NCBI GenBank assembly: GCA_038279365.1
Contig: JAYODI010000024.1
Location: forward strand, 5,146 to 64,076
Length of the DNA stretch: 58,931 nucleotides
Reading direction: 5' to 3'
From: Candidatus Latescibacterota bacterium
Lineage (GTDB): Bacteria; Latescibacterota; UBA2968
The notes below the pieces were generated by a model. It worked only from the letters and a program-made list of their open reading frames with translations. It ran no database searches and had not been told where the DNA came from. Shown here in pieces: positions 51,066 through 58,931 of this stretch (position 1 is its first letter; each line of letters opens with the position of its first letter). A program made the translations under genes and the position numbers.

Positions 51066-52757
51066 ATGGGTACTATGTCCTTTAAAATAAATACCTCTGT
51101 GAAAAAATCATATTTTATAATTGTGTGCTTGTTCATTTTGGTGGGGAGTAGACATGTTTGGGCCGATGGCTCACCAGATGTACCTGTGGTGCATCCGGTG
51201 TATGCCTTATTGGATCGTTGTGCGGCGCGTGGACAAATTCGGATGCCCAATATGCGTCCTTTGAGCCGAATACAAGTGGCTCAAATGCTTGGTCAAATAC
51301 TGGCACCTGAAAATGAACTCAGTCAAACAGAGCGTCGGTTATTGCATCGGTATGAGAAGGCTTTTGCGTGGGAACTGGAAGCTTTGGGGCGGGATGTAGC
51401 GGGCAAACAATCTTCTGGTGGTATTTTGTGGGCTTGGCGCGATTCGGTTGCCTCCGTGGCGATTTCTCCGTTGTTTCGACAACAAATGATTGCCCATCGC
51501 GGAACGGGTTTTGTTCATGAAACGGTTTCTCAGACCTATGTGGGGGGGATTTTGCGCGGTCAGTTTCATGGTTTGGGATTTCGGTTGCGTCATTATGAAG
51601 CACGTGAATGGAGCACCGCACCTCGGTTGCGCCCCGATGATGTGTTGGCATATCCTGTTGAGTCGGTGCAGTTAAAGGGACAGTCGGTTGATTTTCGAGA
51701 GGGTGTGTTTCAACTGGCTTGGGGAAATGGTTGGTTGCGCTTAGATGCTGGAAAAGGTGCTGTTGATTGGGGCCCTGGAAAAACGGGAAATTTGTTGTTG
51801 GGCAATGATGCCCCCACTTATGGTTTGTTTCGCGTACTAGCCGAATATAAAAATGTGCGTTACACACACCTGGCAGGGTCGCTGCAAGCGCGAGCAGGCT
51901 TGTTTGATACGACGCGCCGTGTGATTGACAATGACCATGTGCGAATTTTTTTGCGAAAGAAACGGTTGGCTGCACATCGTTTGGAAGTGGATTTTTCAAA
52001 TGTCACGGTTGGGATTCACGAGTCTGTTGTCTATGGTGACCGAGGGTTTGAAGCGTTGTATGTGATGCCCGTATCTTTTTTTGTAGCAGTACAAAATCAT
52101 TTGGAAAATCGCGATAATTTGGCAATGGGGATTGATGTTTCTTGGCGACCGCATAACGGGTTTGAACTTTATGCGGCCTGGTTTTTTGACGATTTGGCAA
52201 AGTTGAGTCCCAGTGCATTTTCAAATAAATTTGGTTTACAGGCCGGTTTGTTTTGGGTCGATCCATTTCGCATTCAAGATACCGATATTCGAGCCGAATA
52301 CGTGCGTTTGGAGCCGTTTGTTTATTCGCACAACTTTGATATCAATACCTATGAGCATTACGAAACATTGTTGGGGCATCGCATTGGCCCCAATGCCGAC
52401 TTGTGGCACATCCAGGTCACACGTCGCTTTTTGACCTGGATGACGGTGTCTGTTTTATTTGAGCGTGAACGACAAGGTGAAAATCCTGTGAACGTGGATG
52501 GCTCTGTTGTGAATGTGGGCGGCAATGCCCAATTGGGGCGACGCCCAACCGATTTACCTGTGCGAGATTTTATGGCCGGAGATGTTGAAATCCGTACGCG
52601 TTTGGGCTTACAGATGAATTTTGAACCCATGCGTGATTGGGCCATAAGAGCGGTGTATCGTCGTATTCAAAACCATCATGTGCAGGTTTTGGGTGGCACA
52701 CGGGGCAATACCATAGGGCATGAATGGTTGGCGACTTTGGATGTGAATTTTTACTGA
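51066..52757 (+). CDS. Capsule assembly Wzi-family outer-membrane protein
   Basis: WGPGKTGNLLL, AAHRLE, ESVVYG, LGHRIGPNAD and an aromatic C-terminus. Confidence 0.75.
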   Translation: MGTMSFKINTSVKKSYFIIVCLFILVGSRHVWADGSPDVPVVHPVYALLDRCAARGQIRMPNMRPLSRIQVAQMLGQILAPENELSQTERRLLHRYEKAFAWELEALGRDVAGKQSSGGILWAWRDSVASVAISPLFRQQMIAHRGTGFVHETVSQTYVGGILRGQFHGLGFRLRHYEAREWSTAPRLRPDDVLAYPVESVQLKGQSVDFREGVFQLAWGNGWLRLDAGKGAVDWGPGKTGNLLLGNDAPTYGLFRVLAEYKNVRYTHLAGSLQARAGLFDTTRRVIDNDHVRIFLRKKRLAAHRLEVDFSNVTVGIHESVVYGDRGFEALYVMPVSFFVAVQNHLENRDNLAMGIDVSWRPHNGFELYAAWFFDDLAKLSPSAFSNKFGLQAGLFWVDPFRIQDTDIRAEYVRLEPFVYSHNFDINTYEHYETLLGHRIGPNADLWHIQVTRRFLTWMTVSVLFERERQGENPVNVDGSVVNVGGNAQLGRRPTDLPVRDFMAGDVEIRTRLGLQMNFEPMRDWAIRAVYRRIQNHHVQVLGGTRGNTIGHEWLATLDVNFY

Positions 52758-52764
52758 GAACATT

Positions 52765-53526
52765 ATGAATATTGCCATTGTTGTTCGAAAAATACTTCCT
52801 AAGCAGATTCGCCCCCTACTTCGCAAATTCTATCGGGGGGCGTTGTGTTTTTGGTATTGGGGGCATCGGGTGGTATGCCCTTGTTGTGATCGACAGTTTA
52901 GAAGTTTTCGGCCATATGGTTCACCCAAACGACATCAGGCATTATGCCCTTATTGTGGTGCCTTGGAACGACAGAGATTGCTGTGGCTTTTTTTAAAAAA
53001 CAGAACCCATTTTTTTCAAAAACCTTTGCGTGTTTTACACGTGGCTCCACCAACCGTTTTTTTGCGTCGCTTCCAATTGTTATCACATGATTATTTGCCT
53101 GTTGACTTGAATTCTCCACTTGCGCAAATGAGATTAGATGTGATGCATTTGCCTTTTGATGATGAATCATTTGATGTAATTTTATGCAATCATGTTTTGG
53201 AGCATGTATTGGATGACCGACAGGCCATAAAAGAGTTATATCGCGTGATGAAGTTGGGGGGATGGGCCATATTGCAAGTCCCTGTCGATCTTGAAAGGAA
53301 TGAAACGATTGAAGTGGATGATCCTGCACTGCTTACAGATCAACAACGTATAGCGCTTTTTGGTCAAAGAGATCATGTGAGGCAATATGGTTTGGATTAT
53401 AAAGAGCGGTTGGAACAAGTTGGTTTTTCTGTTGAGGTTGATTTTTATTGGCAAGAACTGGGCAGCACTTTGGTTGCCAAACATGCCTTAATGTGTGAAG
53501 AGCCCGTCTTTTTTTGTCATAAGTAA
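52765..53526 (+). CDS. Class I SAM methyltransferase with an N-terminal Cys cluster
   Basis: CPCC...CPYC, LHVAP, FDVILCNHVLEHV and FGQRDHVR. Confidence 0.85.
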   Translation: MNIAIVVRKILPKQIRPLLRKFYRGALCFWYWGHRVVCPCCDRQFRSFRPYGSPKRHQALCPYCGALERQRLLWLFLKNRTHFFQKPLRVLHVAPPTVFLRRFQLLSHDYLPVDLNSPLAQMRLDVMHLPFDDESFDVILCNHVLEHVLDDRQAIKELYRVMKLGGWAILQVPVDLERNETIEVDDPALLTDQQRIALFGQRDHVRQYGLDYKERLEQVGFSVEVDFYWQELGSTLVAKHALMCEEPVFFCHK

Positions 53527-53583
53527 ATCAGGATATGCGTGCGTGTTTGAAATGTTTGTTGTAAGTCTAAAGGCCAGTGCTAT

Positions 53584-55011
53584 ATGATGATGCGTAGTGA
53601 CATAAACAGCTTAAATAATCGAAACCTGCTTTTGTTAATGCTTGTATGTTTGGCACAAGTCTTACTGATTTCTGTGCCTTTTTATTTTAGTGAATTTTTA
53701 TCTGTTATTTTGATTTTGACGATTATTTCGGTTGTGGGTTTGATCGGCTCTATCACTTTATCTGTGTTATATCTGTGTTTTATTGCTGCTGTTATTCCGA
53801 CCTGGGTGTATGATGAAATATTGTTACTCCCCATGGATTTTAAGTTTTATGAAGGCATATTTGCTTTCATATTGGGTACAAGTGTTGTGATTTGGATGCT
53901 CCAAGGGCGTTTAAACTGGTCATATCGGACACGGTTGGATCGACCTGTTATTGTTTTAATTGGAATGCTCGTTTTTTCAATGGGGCTCGGATTGTTTTAT
54001 GGGCAATCTGTTTCCCAAATGCTAAGAGATGTGAGATACCCATTGTGTTATGGTATGTTTTTTGTGGTGACTTGGTTTTTTGATCATCGAAAATCTCAAA
54101 CCTTTCTTTATATGGTGATTGGGGCGGCGGTTATTGTGGGGATTGAATATTTGATTGAATTTTTGGCTATGGTCAATTTGGCCATTTCGGGTTCTTTTTT
54201 TCGAGTGGCGCGTTTAGAAGGTGTGTTGTTTCCTGTAAGCATATTAAGTGTTGCGGCCATTTTGCTTATGGAACGCAGGCTTTATCGCCGCTTATTGATT
54301 GGTTTGGCCTTGTTGCCCATTGGGCTTGCTTTGTTGTTGACTGTTGGGCGGGGGATGTGGATTGCCCTTTTTGCGGGGCTTGGGGTTTTGAGTTATTTGG
54401 TGTGGGTTGACCCAATGGGGCGTCACAGGCGCTGGGTGCGTTTGACCACGGTGTTATTTATTCCGTTGGTCTTGCTTGTTGTTGCATTTTTTTTCCAAAA
54501 ACAGACGCATTCTGGTGTGGGAGATGTTGCCATCAGGCGTATTACGAGGGTTGCCGAAAATTATGAACAAGACCATTCTATTGTGGGCCGTCTTTTGGTT
54601 TATGGGATTGCTTTAGAAGAAATTCGAAAACGCCCCATTTTGGGCGGGGGGCATGGTGTTGCCATACAGGTTATGTCAACGGAAGAAGCCACGCCGACTT
54701 TGATGACTGTAGGTGGCGTAGACAGTGTGTATTTAACCATTGCAATGCGTATGGGCATTGTGGGTGTGGGTATTTTTTTGTGGGTGTTTTGTGCGGGGTT
54801 GTGGCGTGCTTATCAACTTTTTTTGTATACAAAAGAAGAGCGTGTTAGATTATTTTGTATGGTTTTTATGGCTGTCTATGCTGCTTTATTGGTGTTTGGC
54901 ATTGGGGATGCCACTTTGTTTGTGAATCGTTTGATTTTCATTCATGCCACATTTTTGGGTATTTTGGCAAAGTTGGATATGGAATACCACCCCAAACATC
55001 AAGTTGCTTGA
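53584..55011 (+). CDS. O-antigen ligase/Wzy-like membrane protein
   Basis: Multi-TM protein with TVGRGMWI, a periplasmic R...PILGGGHG loop and DSVYL...GIVG. Confidence 0.75.
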   Translation: MMMRSDINSLNNRNLLLLMLVCLAQVLLISVPFYFSEFLSVILILTIISVVGLIGSITLSVLYLCFIAAVIPTWVYDEILLLPMDFKFYEGIFAFILGTSVVIWMLQGRLNWSYRTRLDRPVIVLIGMLVFSMGLGLFYGQSVSQMLRDVRYPLCYGMFFVVTWFFDHRKSQTFLYMVIGAAVIVGIEYLIEFLAMVNLAISGSFFRVARLEGVLFPVSILSVAAILLMERRLYRRLLIGLALLPIGLALLLTVGRGMWIALFAGLGVLSYLVWVDPMGRHRRWVRLTTVLFIPLVLLVVAFFFQKQTHSGVGDVAIRRITRVAENYEQDHSIVGRLLVYGIALEEIRKRPILGGGHGVAIQVMSTEEATPTLMTVGGVDSVYLTIAMRMGIVGVGIFLWVFCAGLWRAYQLFLYTKEERVRLFCMVFMAVYAALLVFGIGDATLFVNRLIFIHATFLGILAKLDMEYHPKHQVA

Positions 55012-55018
55012 GGTGTTT

Positions 55019-55930
55019 ATGCAGGTAAGTGCGGTTGTTGTGAATTGGAATGCAGGTGAACACTTAATCAGGTGTGTGCGTTCTTTATTGGATCAACAGA
55101 AGGTGGATGTTGATGTGGTGGTGGTTGACAATGCGTCTTCGGATGGTAGTTTGGCAGGGTTGGCCACACTGGGAGAGCGGGTGCGGATTGTACAAACGGG
55201 GGGGAATTTGGGTTTTGGGCGCGGCGTAAACAGAGGTGTGGCGGTTTGCGAAACCCCCTATGTGGTTGTCTTAAATCCCGATGTGGTATTGGAAAAAGAG
55301 GCTTTGTATGGTTTGGGCCATTTTTTAGATGTACACTCTGAGATTGGGATTGTGGGCCCGTGTTTGAAAGATGCCGATGGGCAAATTCATGCATCTTGTG
55401 GTTTTGCGCCTCGGTTGGTGGATGAGATTTGTCGTAAATTCTTATTGCATCTGGTATTTCCATTGTTTAAATTTCGACGTACGCGCCCTGTGGTAGCCAA
55501 AAAAGTAGATTGGGTAACTGGGGCGTGTTTTGCTGTGCGACGCGATGTTTTTACATCTTTGGGTGGTTTGGATGAAGCCATCTTTATGTATTATGAAGAT
55601 GTCGATTTTTGTCTTCGTGTAAAAGCTTTGGGGTGGCAGGTGTGGTATTTGCCCGATGTGATGGGCATGCATGTGGGTGGGGAAAGTTCAAAACAGGCGC
55701 TTACGCGTATGTTGGTGGTCAGTGAAGCGTCTTATGGTTATGTGATTCGCAAACATTTGGGGCGTTGGGCTTCACTATTGGTTTGTTTGCGCCCTATTGA
55801 GATGGTACTGCGCTCGTTGCTGTGGAGTGTGGTTTTTTTGTTGCAACCTAAACGTCGGGTTGAGGCGCGTGCACGTTTGCGGGCCTATTTTATGATTTTG
55901 ACGGGTGGGGTTGCGAAGGAGGCGGTATGA
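55019..55930 (+). CDS. GT2 glycosyltransferase
   Basis: VVDNASSDG, NLGFG, LNPD and FMYYEDVD. Confidence 0.9.
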   Translation: MQVSAVVVNWNAGEHLIRCVRSLLDQQKVDVDVVVVDNASSDGSLAGLATLGERVRIVQTGGNLGFGRGVNRGVAVCETPYVVVLNPDVVLEKEALYGLGHFLDVHSEIGIVGPCLKDADGQIHASCGFAPRLVDEICRKFLLHLVFPLFKFRRTRPVVAKKVDWVTGACFAVRRDVFTSLGGLDEAIFMYYEDVDFCLRVKALGWQVWYLPDVMGMHVGGESSKQALTRMLVVSEASYGYVIRKHLGRWASLLVCLRPIEMVLRSLLWSVVFLLQPKRRVEARARLRAYFMILTGGVAKEAV

Positions 55931-57057
55931 TTCCCATCTTTCGCCCTTGGTTTGGGGAGGAAGAAGTTGAGGCTGTGCGTGAGGTGTTGTTGTCGGGATG
56001 GGTAGGGCCTGGAAAAAAAGTGGAAGAATTTGAGCGACGCTTTGCCGAATTTGTAGATGCCAAATATGCCGTGTCTTTAAATTCGTGTTCTGCGGCTTTG
56101 TTTTTGGCATTTAAAGCGCTCAATGTTGAAGGTGGTGAAGTGTTGACCACACCTTTGACCTTTGTTGCCAGCAATCATGCCATTTTACAAAATGATGCCA
56201 CGCCCGTTTTTTGCGATATAGACCCCGAAACACTCAATATTGACCCCAAAACAATTGAAGCCAATATTACGCCAAAGACCAAAGCCATTTTGGTGGTGCA
56301 CTTTGCTGGGCACCCGTGTGATATGGATGCCATTGGCGCGATAGCCCAAAAGCACGGATTGCCCATTGTGGAAGATGCGGCTCATGCGGTGGGGGCCCGA
56401 TATAAGGGCAGAATGATTGGTGGCATCAGTCATATCACCTGTTTTAGCTTTGATGCACGCAAAAATTTGTCTACATGTGATGGGGGGATGCTGACCACGA
56501 ATGATGAGGAACTGACCAAACGTGTGAAGCGACTGCGTTGGATGGGTATTTCGAAAGGGACATATGATCGCTTTCGAAAAAATGGCTTAGAACGACGTTG
56601 GGAATATGAAATCGACGAAGTTGGATATAAGTGTTACATGAACGACTTGAATGCTGCTATTGGTTTGGCTCAACTCAGTAAGATAGAAGCCGCCAATGCA
56701 CAGCGGCGAGAAATTTTTTTGCAATATGGCCATGCATTTGCTGATTTGGAATGGTTTCAGGCTCCTGTAATTCGAGAGGATGTGCGCAGTGGCATGCATG
56801 CTTATGTGGCGCGGGTTCCTGATCGAGACGGGTTGATTGCACACTTGGCAGATCGAGAAATTGATGCGGGTGTGCATTACAAACCCTGCCATTTATTTAA
56901 TGTGTATGAACCTTATCGTCGTGTATTGCCTGTAACGGATGCGGTGTGGCCACAATTGCTAACCTTGCCATTGTTTCCCAGTATGACCGAAGACAATGTG
57001 CAACAGGTGATAGGTGCCGTGACAGAATTTAAGCCCAATGGATCCGTTGCGTTGTGA
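55927..57057 (+). CDS. DegT/DnrJ/EryC1/StrS sugar aminotransferase
   Basis: VEDAAHA and FSFDARKNLSTCDGG. Confidence 0.92.
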   Translation: MIPIFRPWFGEEEVEAVREVLLSGWVGPGKKVEEFERRFAEFVDAKYAVSLNSCSAALFLAFKALNVEGGEVLTTPLTFVASNHAILQNDATPVFCDIDPETLNIDPKTIEANITPKTKAILVVHFAGHPCDMDAIGAIAQKHGLPIVEDAAHAVGARYKGRMIGGISHITCFSFDARKNLSTCDGGMLTTNDEELTKRVKRLRWMGISKGTYDRFRKNGLERRWEYEIDEVGYKCYMNDLNAAIGLAQLSKIEAANAQRREIFLQYGHAFADLEWFQAPVIREDVRSGMHAYVARVPDRDGLIAHLADREIDAGVHYKPCHLFNVYEPYRRVLPVTDAVWPQLLTLPLFPSMTEDNVQQVIGAVTEFKPNGSVAL

Positions 57058-58655
57058 TTTTTTTAAGCTGGGTTTTGACAGCTGCTCTGTTTTCGGCAGT
57101 GTTTTCAATGTTGGCTCGTTGGTTTGCAAAGCGTACAGAAACATTTGGTAAATCTGATGCACCGGTCTCTACTTATGGCGGTCCAGCTATGCTGGCCGCC
57201 TTTTTTTGTACGTATTTTTTATTTCCAATGGTGTTGCCACTGGGGTTGGTTGTTGGGATTGTGGGCATGGCCTTGGTGGGATTTGTTGATGACCAAAGCC
57301 CATTGTCACCACGCCTTAAGTTGAGTTTAACGGTGTTGGTGGCAGTGGTGGCTGTGGTGTTGGGGACTCGTTTGGATGTTGTTGGGATTGTGTTTGTGGA
57401 TGGTGTTTTGACGGTTATGGGGATGATTTGGTTGTGCCATGCATTTAATGTGTTGGATATGGAAGATGGTTTGTCGGCTGGTGGTGCTGTTATTGCGGCA
57501 TTGGGGTTGTGGTGTATTGGGGGTGGGGATTGGATGTTGTTGGTTGTGGGGGTGTTGTTGGGGTTTTTGGTACATAATGTGTATCCTTCTCGGTTGTATA
57601 TGGGGGATGCGGGCAGCTTAATGTTTGGGTTTTTATTGAGCGCAACGGCCATATTGATTGCCAATGAGCGTGCTGTATCGGGTGGGGTGGGTGCGTTTAT
57701 TATTTTAGGATTGCCTACTTTTGAAGCCGCCTTTATTAGTGTGATGCGTTTTGCTAAAGGGCGACCTATTTCAAAATCCAGTCGAGATCATGTGGCTCAT
57801 CGGTTGGAACAGTGGGGGCGTTCGGTGCCTGTGGCTGTGGGTATGATTTGGGTGGGAGGCGTTGTGTTGGGTGGGTTGGGATATGCTGTTGCGCATCAAA
57901 TGGTAACTTGGTGGTTGGGATTGGTTGTTGGCTTAGTGGGGGCGTTGGCAACAGGGGCTTTTTTGTCACGCGTGGATATGGAAGGCGATGGTGTGGATGG
58001 CCGATTGGCGGGGTTGTTTGAGAAGAATTGGTTGATTCATCGGTTGATGCGACAAACTATGGTGGATGCGGCAAAATATGTCGATGGTCGCCTTTTGGAT
58101 GTGGGATGCGGAGATCGCCCGTATCAAATTATTTTTAGGGATCGGATATCTTCTTATACTGGATTGGAGCAGGGGCGCAATCGATATAAAAATGTTGATG
58201 TTTGGGGCGATGCATTGCGTTTGCCTTTTGCTGATGGTGTTTTTGACACGGTATTGAGCAACCAGGTTTTGGAACATGTGCCCGAACCGCAAATGGCCAT
58301 AACGGAGGCCGCCCGTGTGCTTAATGCTGGTGGACATTTGATTTTAACGGCGCCTCATATTTGGGAATTGCACGAAGTGCCGCACGACTATTTTCGTTTT
58401 ACGCCTTATGGTTTGAGGTATTTGGCGGAAAAAGCAGGATTTGAAATTGTGGCTGTTGCGGCATTGGCAGGGTTTTGGGTGACGGCGGGGGCTCGGTTTT
58501 GTTATTATTTGGCGCGGTTTGATCGGCACGTGTTTAGACCCATTGTTCGTGTGTGGTTTTTGGTGATCCAATTGGGTGCTTTGTTTTTGGATCGATTACA
58601 TTGTGTTGAAAGCGAGGCTTGGAATTTTATTATAATAGCGAAAAAAATACAATAA
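57054..58655 (+). CDS. WecA/MraY-like (Glycos_transf_4) prenyl-phosphate sugar transferase fused to a SAM methyltransferase
   Basis: GFVDD, FNVLDMEDGL and YMGDAGS, then LLDVGCG and FDTVLSNQVLEHV, all in one frame. Confidence 0.85.
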   Translation: MIFLSWVLTAALFSAVFSMLARWFAKRTETFGKSDAPVSTYGGPAMLAAFFCTYFLFPMVLPLGLVVGIVGMALVGFVDDQSPLSPRLKLSLTVLVAVVAVVLGTRLDVVGIVFVDGVLTVMGMIWLCHAFNVLDMEDGLSAGGAVIAALGLWCIGGGDWMLLVVGVLLGFLVHNVYPSRLYMGDAGSLMFGFLLSATAILIANERAVSGGVGAFIILGLPTFEAAFISVMRFAKGRPISKSSRDHVAHRLEQWGRSVPVAVGMIWVGGVVLGGLGYAVAHQMVTWWLGLVVGLVGALATGAFLSRVDMEGDGVDGRLAGLFEKNWLIHRLMRQTMVDAAKYVDGRLLDVGCGDRPYQIIFRDRISSYTGLEQGRNRYKNVDVWGDALRLPFADGVFDTVLSNQVLEHVPEPQMAITEAARVLNAGGHLILTAPHIWELHEVPHDYFRFTPYGLRYLAEKAGFEIVAVAALAGFWVTAGARFCYYLARFDRHVFRPIVRVWFLVIQLGALFLDRLHCVESEAWNFIIIAKKIQ

Positions 58656-58931
58656 AAAATTGTTTTTTAACGGGTTGCTTGATGTTGGTGCCTATTTTAG
58701 AGGCATTTTTGTTTTTATGGTTATATTTTTCCGATATTTAGTAGATGCAAATTCTTGTGGGATGGCAAGAGCCGTAGTGGGCGAAAGCGGGTTGCCTGGA
58801 TCCTATGGTACATGAAATGAATGTTGTTGATGTTAGGCTGAGGGTTCTATAAGACTATATGCTTGTATAACTTGGTTTTTTGTTTCTTATTTTGCGTCTG
58901 TACATAGGTGGGCACTTTTTCGCCTAAGTGC

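Noticed and set aside
58755-58810. ops/JUMPstart element or c-di-GMP riboswitch after the polysaccharide cluster
   Set aside because: gagccgtagtgg does not match GGCGGTAG, riboswitch core motifs are missing, and the downstream gene is outside the window.

Overview
A gene-dense bacterial chromosomal segment. The short RpoD-family sigma, the Wzi and DUF2723 genes and the microcompartment locus suggest an FCB-superphylum organism such as Latescibacterota; this is inference only. In order, the window holds: a partial TPR gene, VOC and DCC1-like genes, an ECF sigma-HEAT-DUF2087 fusion with a second DUF2087 gene, and a TrpRS II-type trpS preceded by two consecutive Trp-Trp-Trp leader-peptide attenuators. 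These are followed by a GNAT and a ~22 kb co-directional bioenergetic cluster (nqrABCDEF-apbE-nqrM-like, a split 10-gene Mrp antiporter, and an F1Fo ATP synthase whose c subunit looks H+-type). Next come nadE, a PpiD/SurA-like chaperone, an M23 peptidase, a rhomboid, DUF2723 and PHP genes, and an RpoD-family sigma. A microcompartment locus follows (PduL, BMC-H x2, BMC-P x3, aldehyde dehydrogenase, class II aldolase, AckA, plus a satellite BMC-H), interrupted by a hicAB module whose toxin has an in-frame deletion. The window ends with a surface-polysaccharide cluster that includes a WecA/MraY-methyltransferase fusion. No rRNA, tRNA, CRISPR array or intact transposase was seen. The most striking signal is the tandem Trp attenuator at 4090-4661, which the ORF track misses. 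All family calls come from motif recognition by eye, not database searches.
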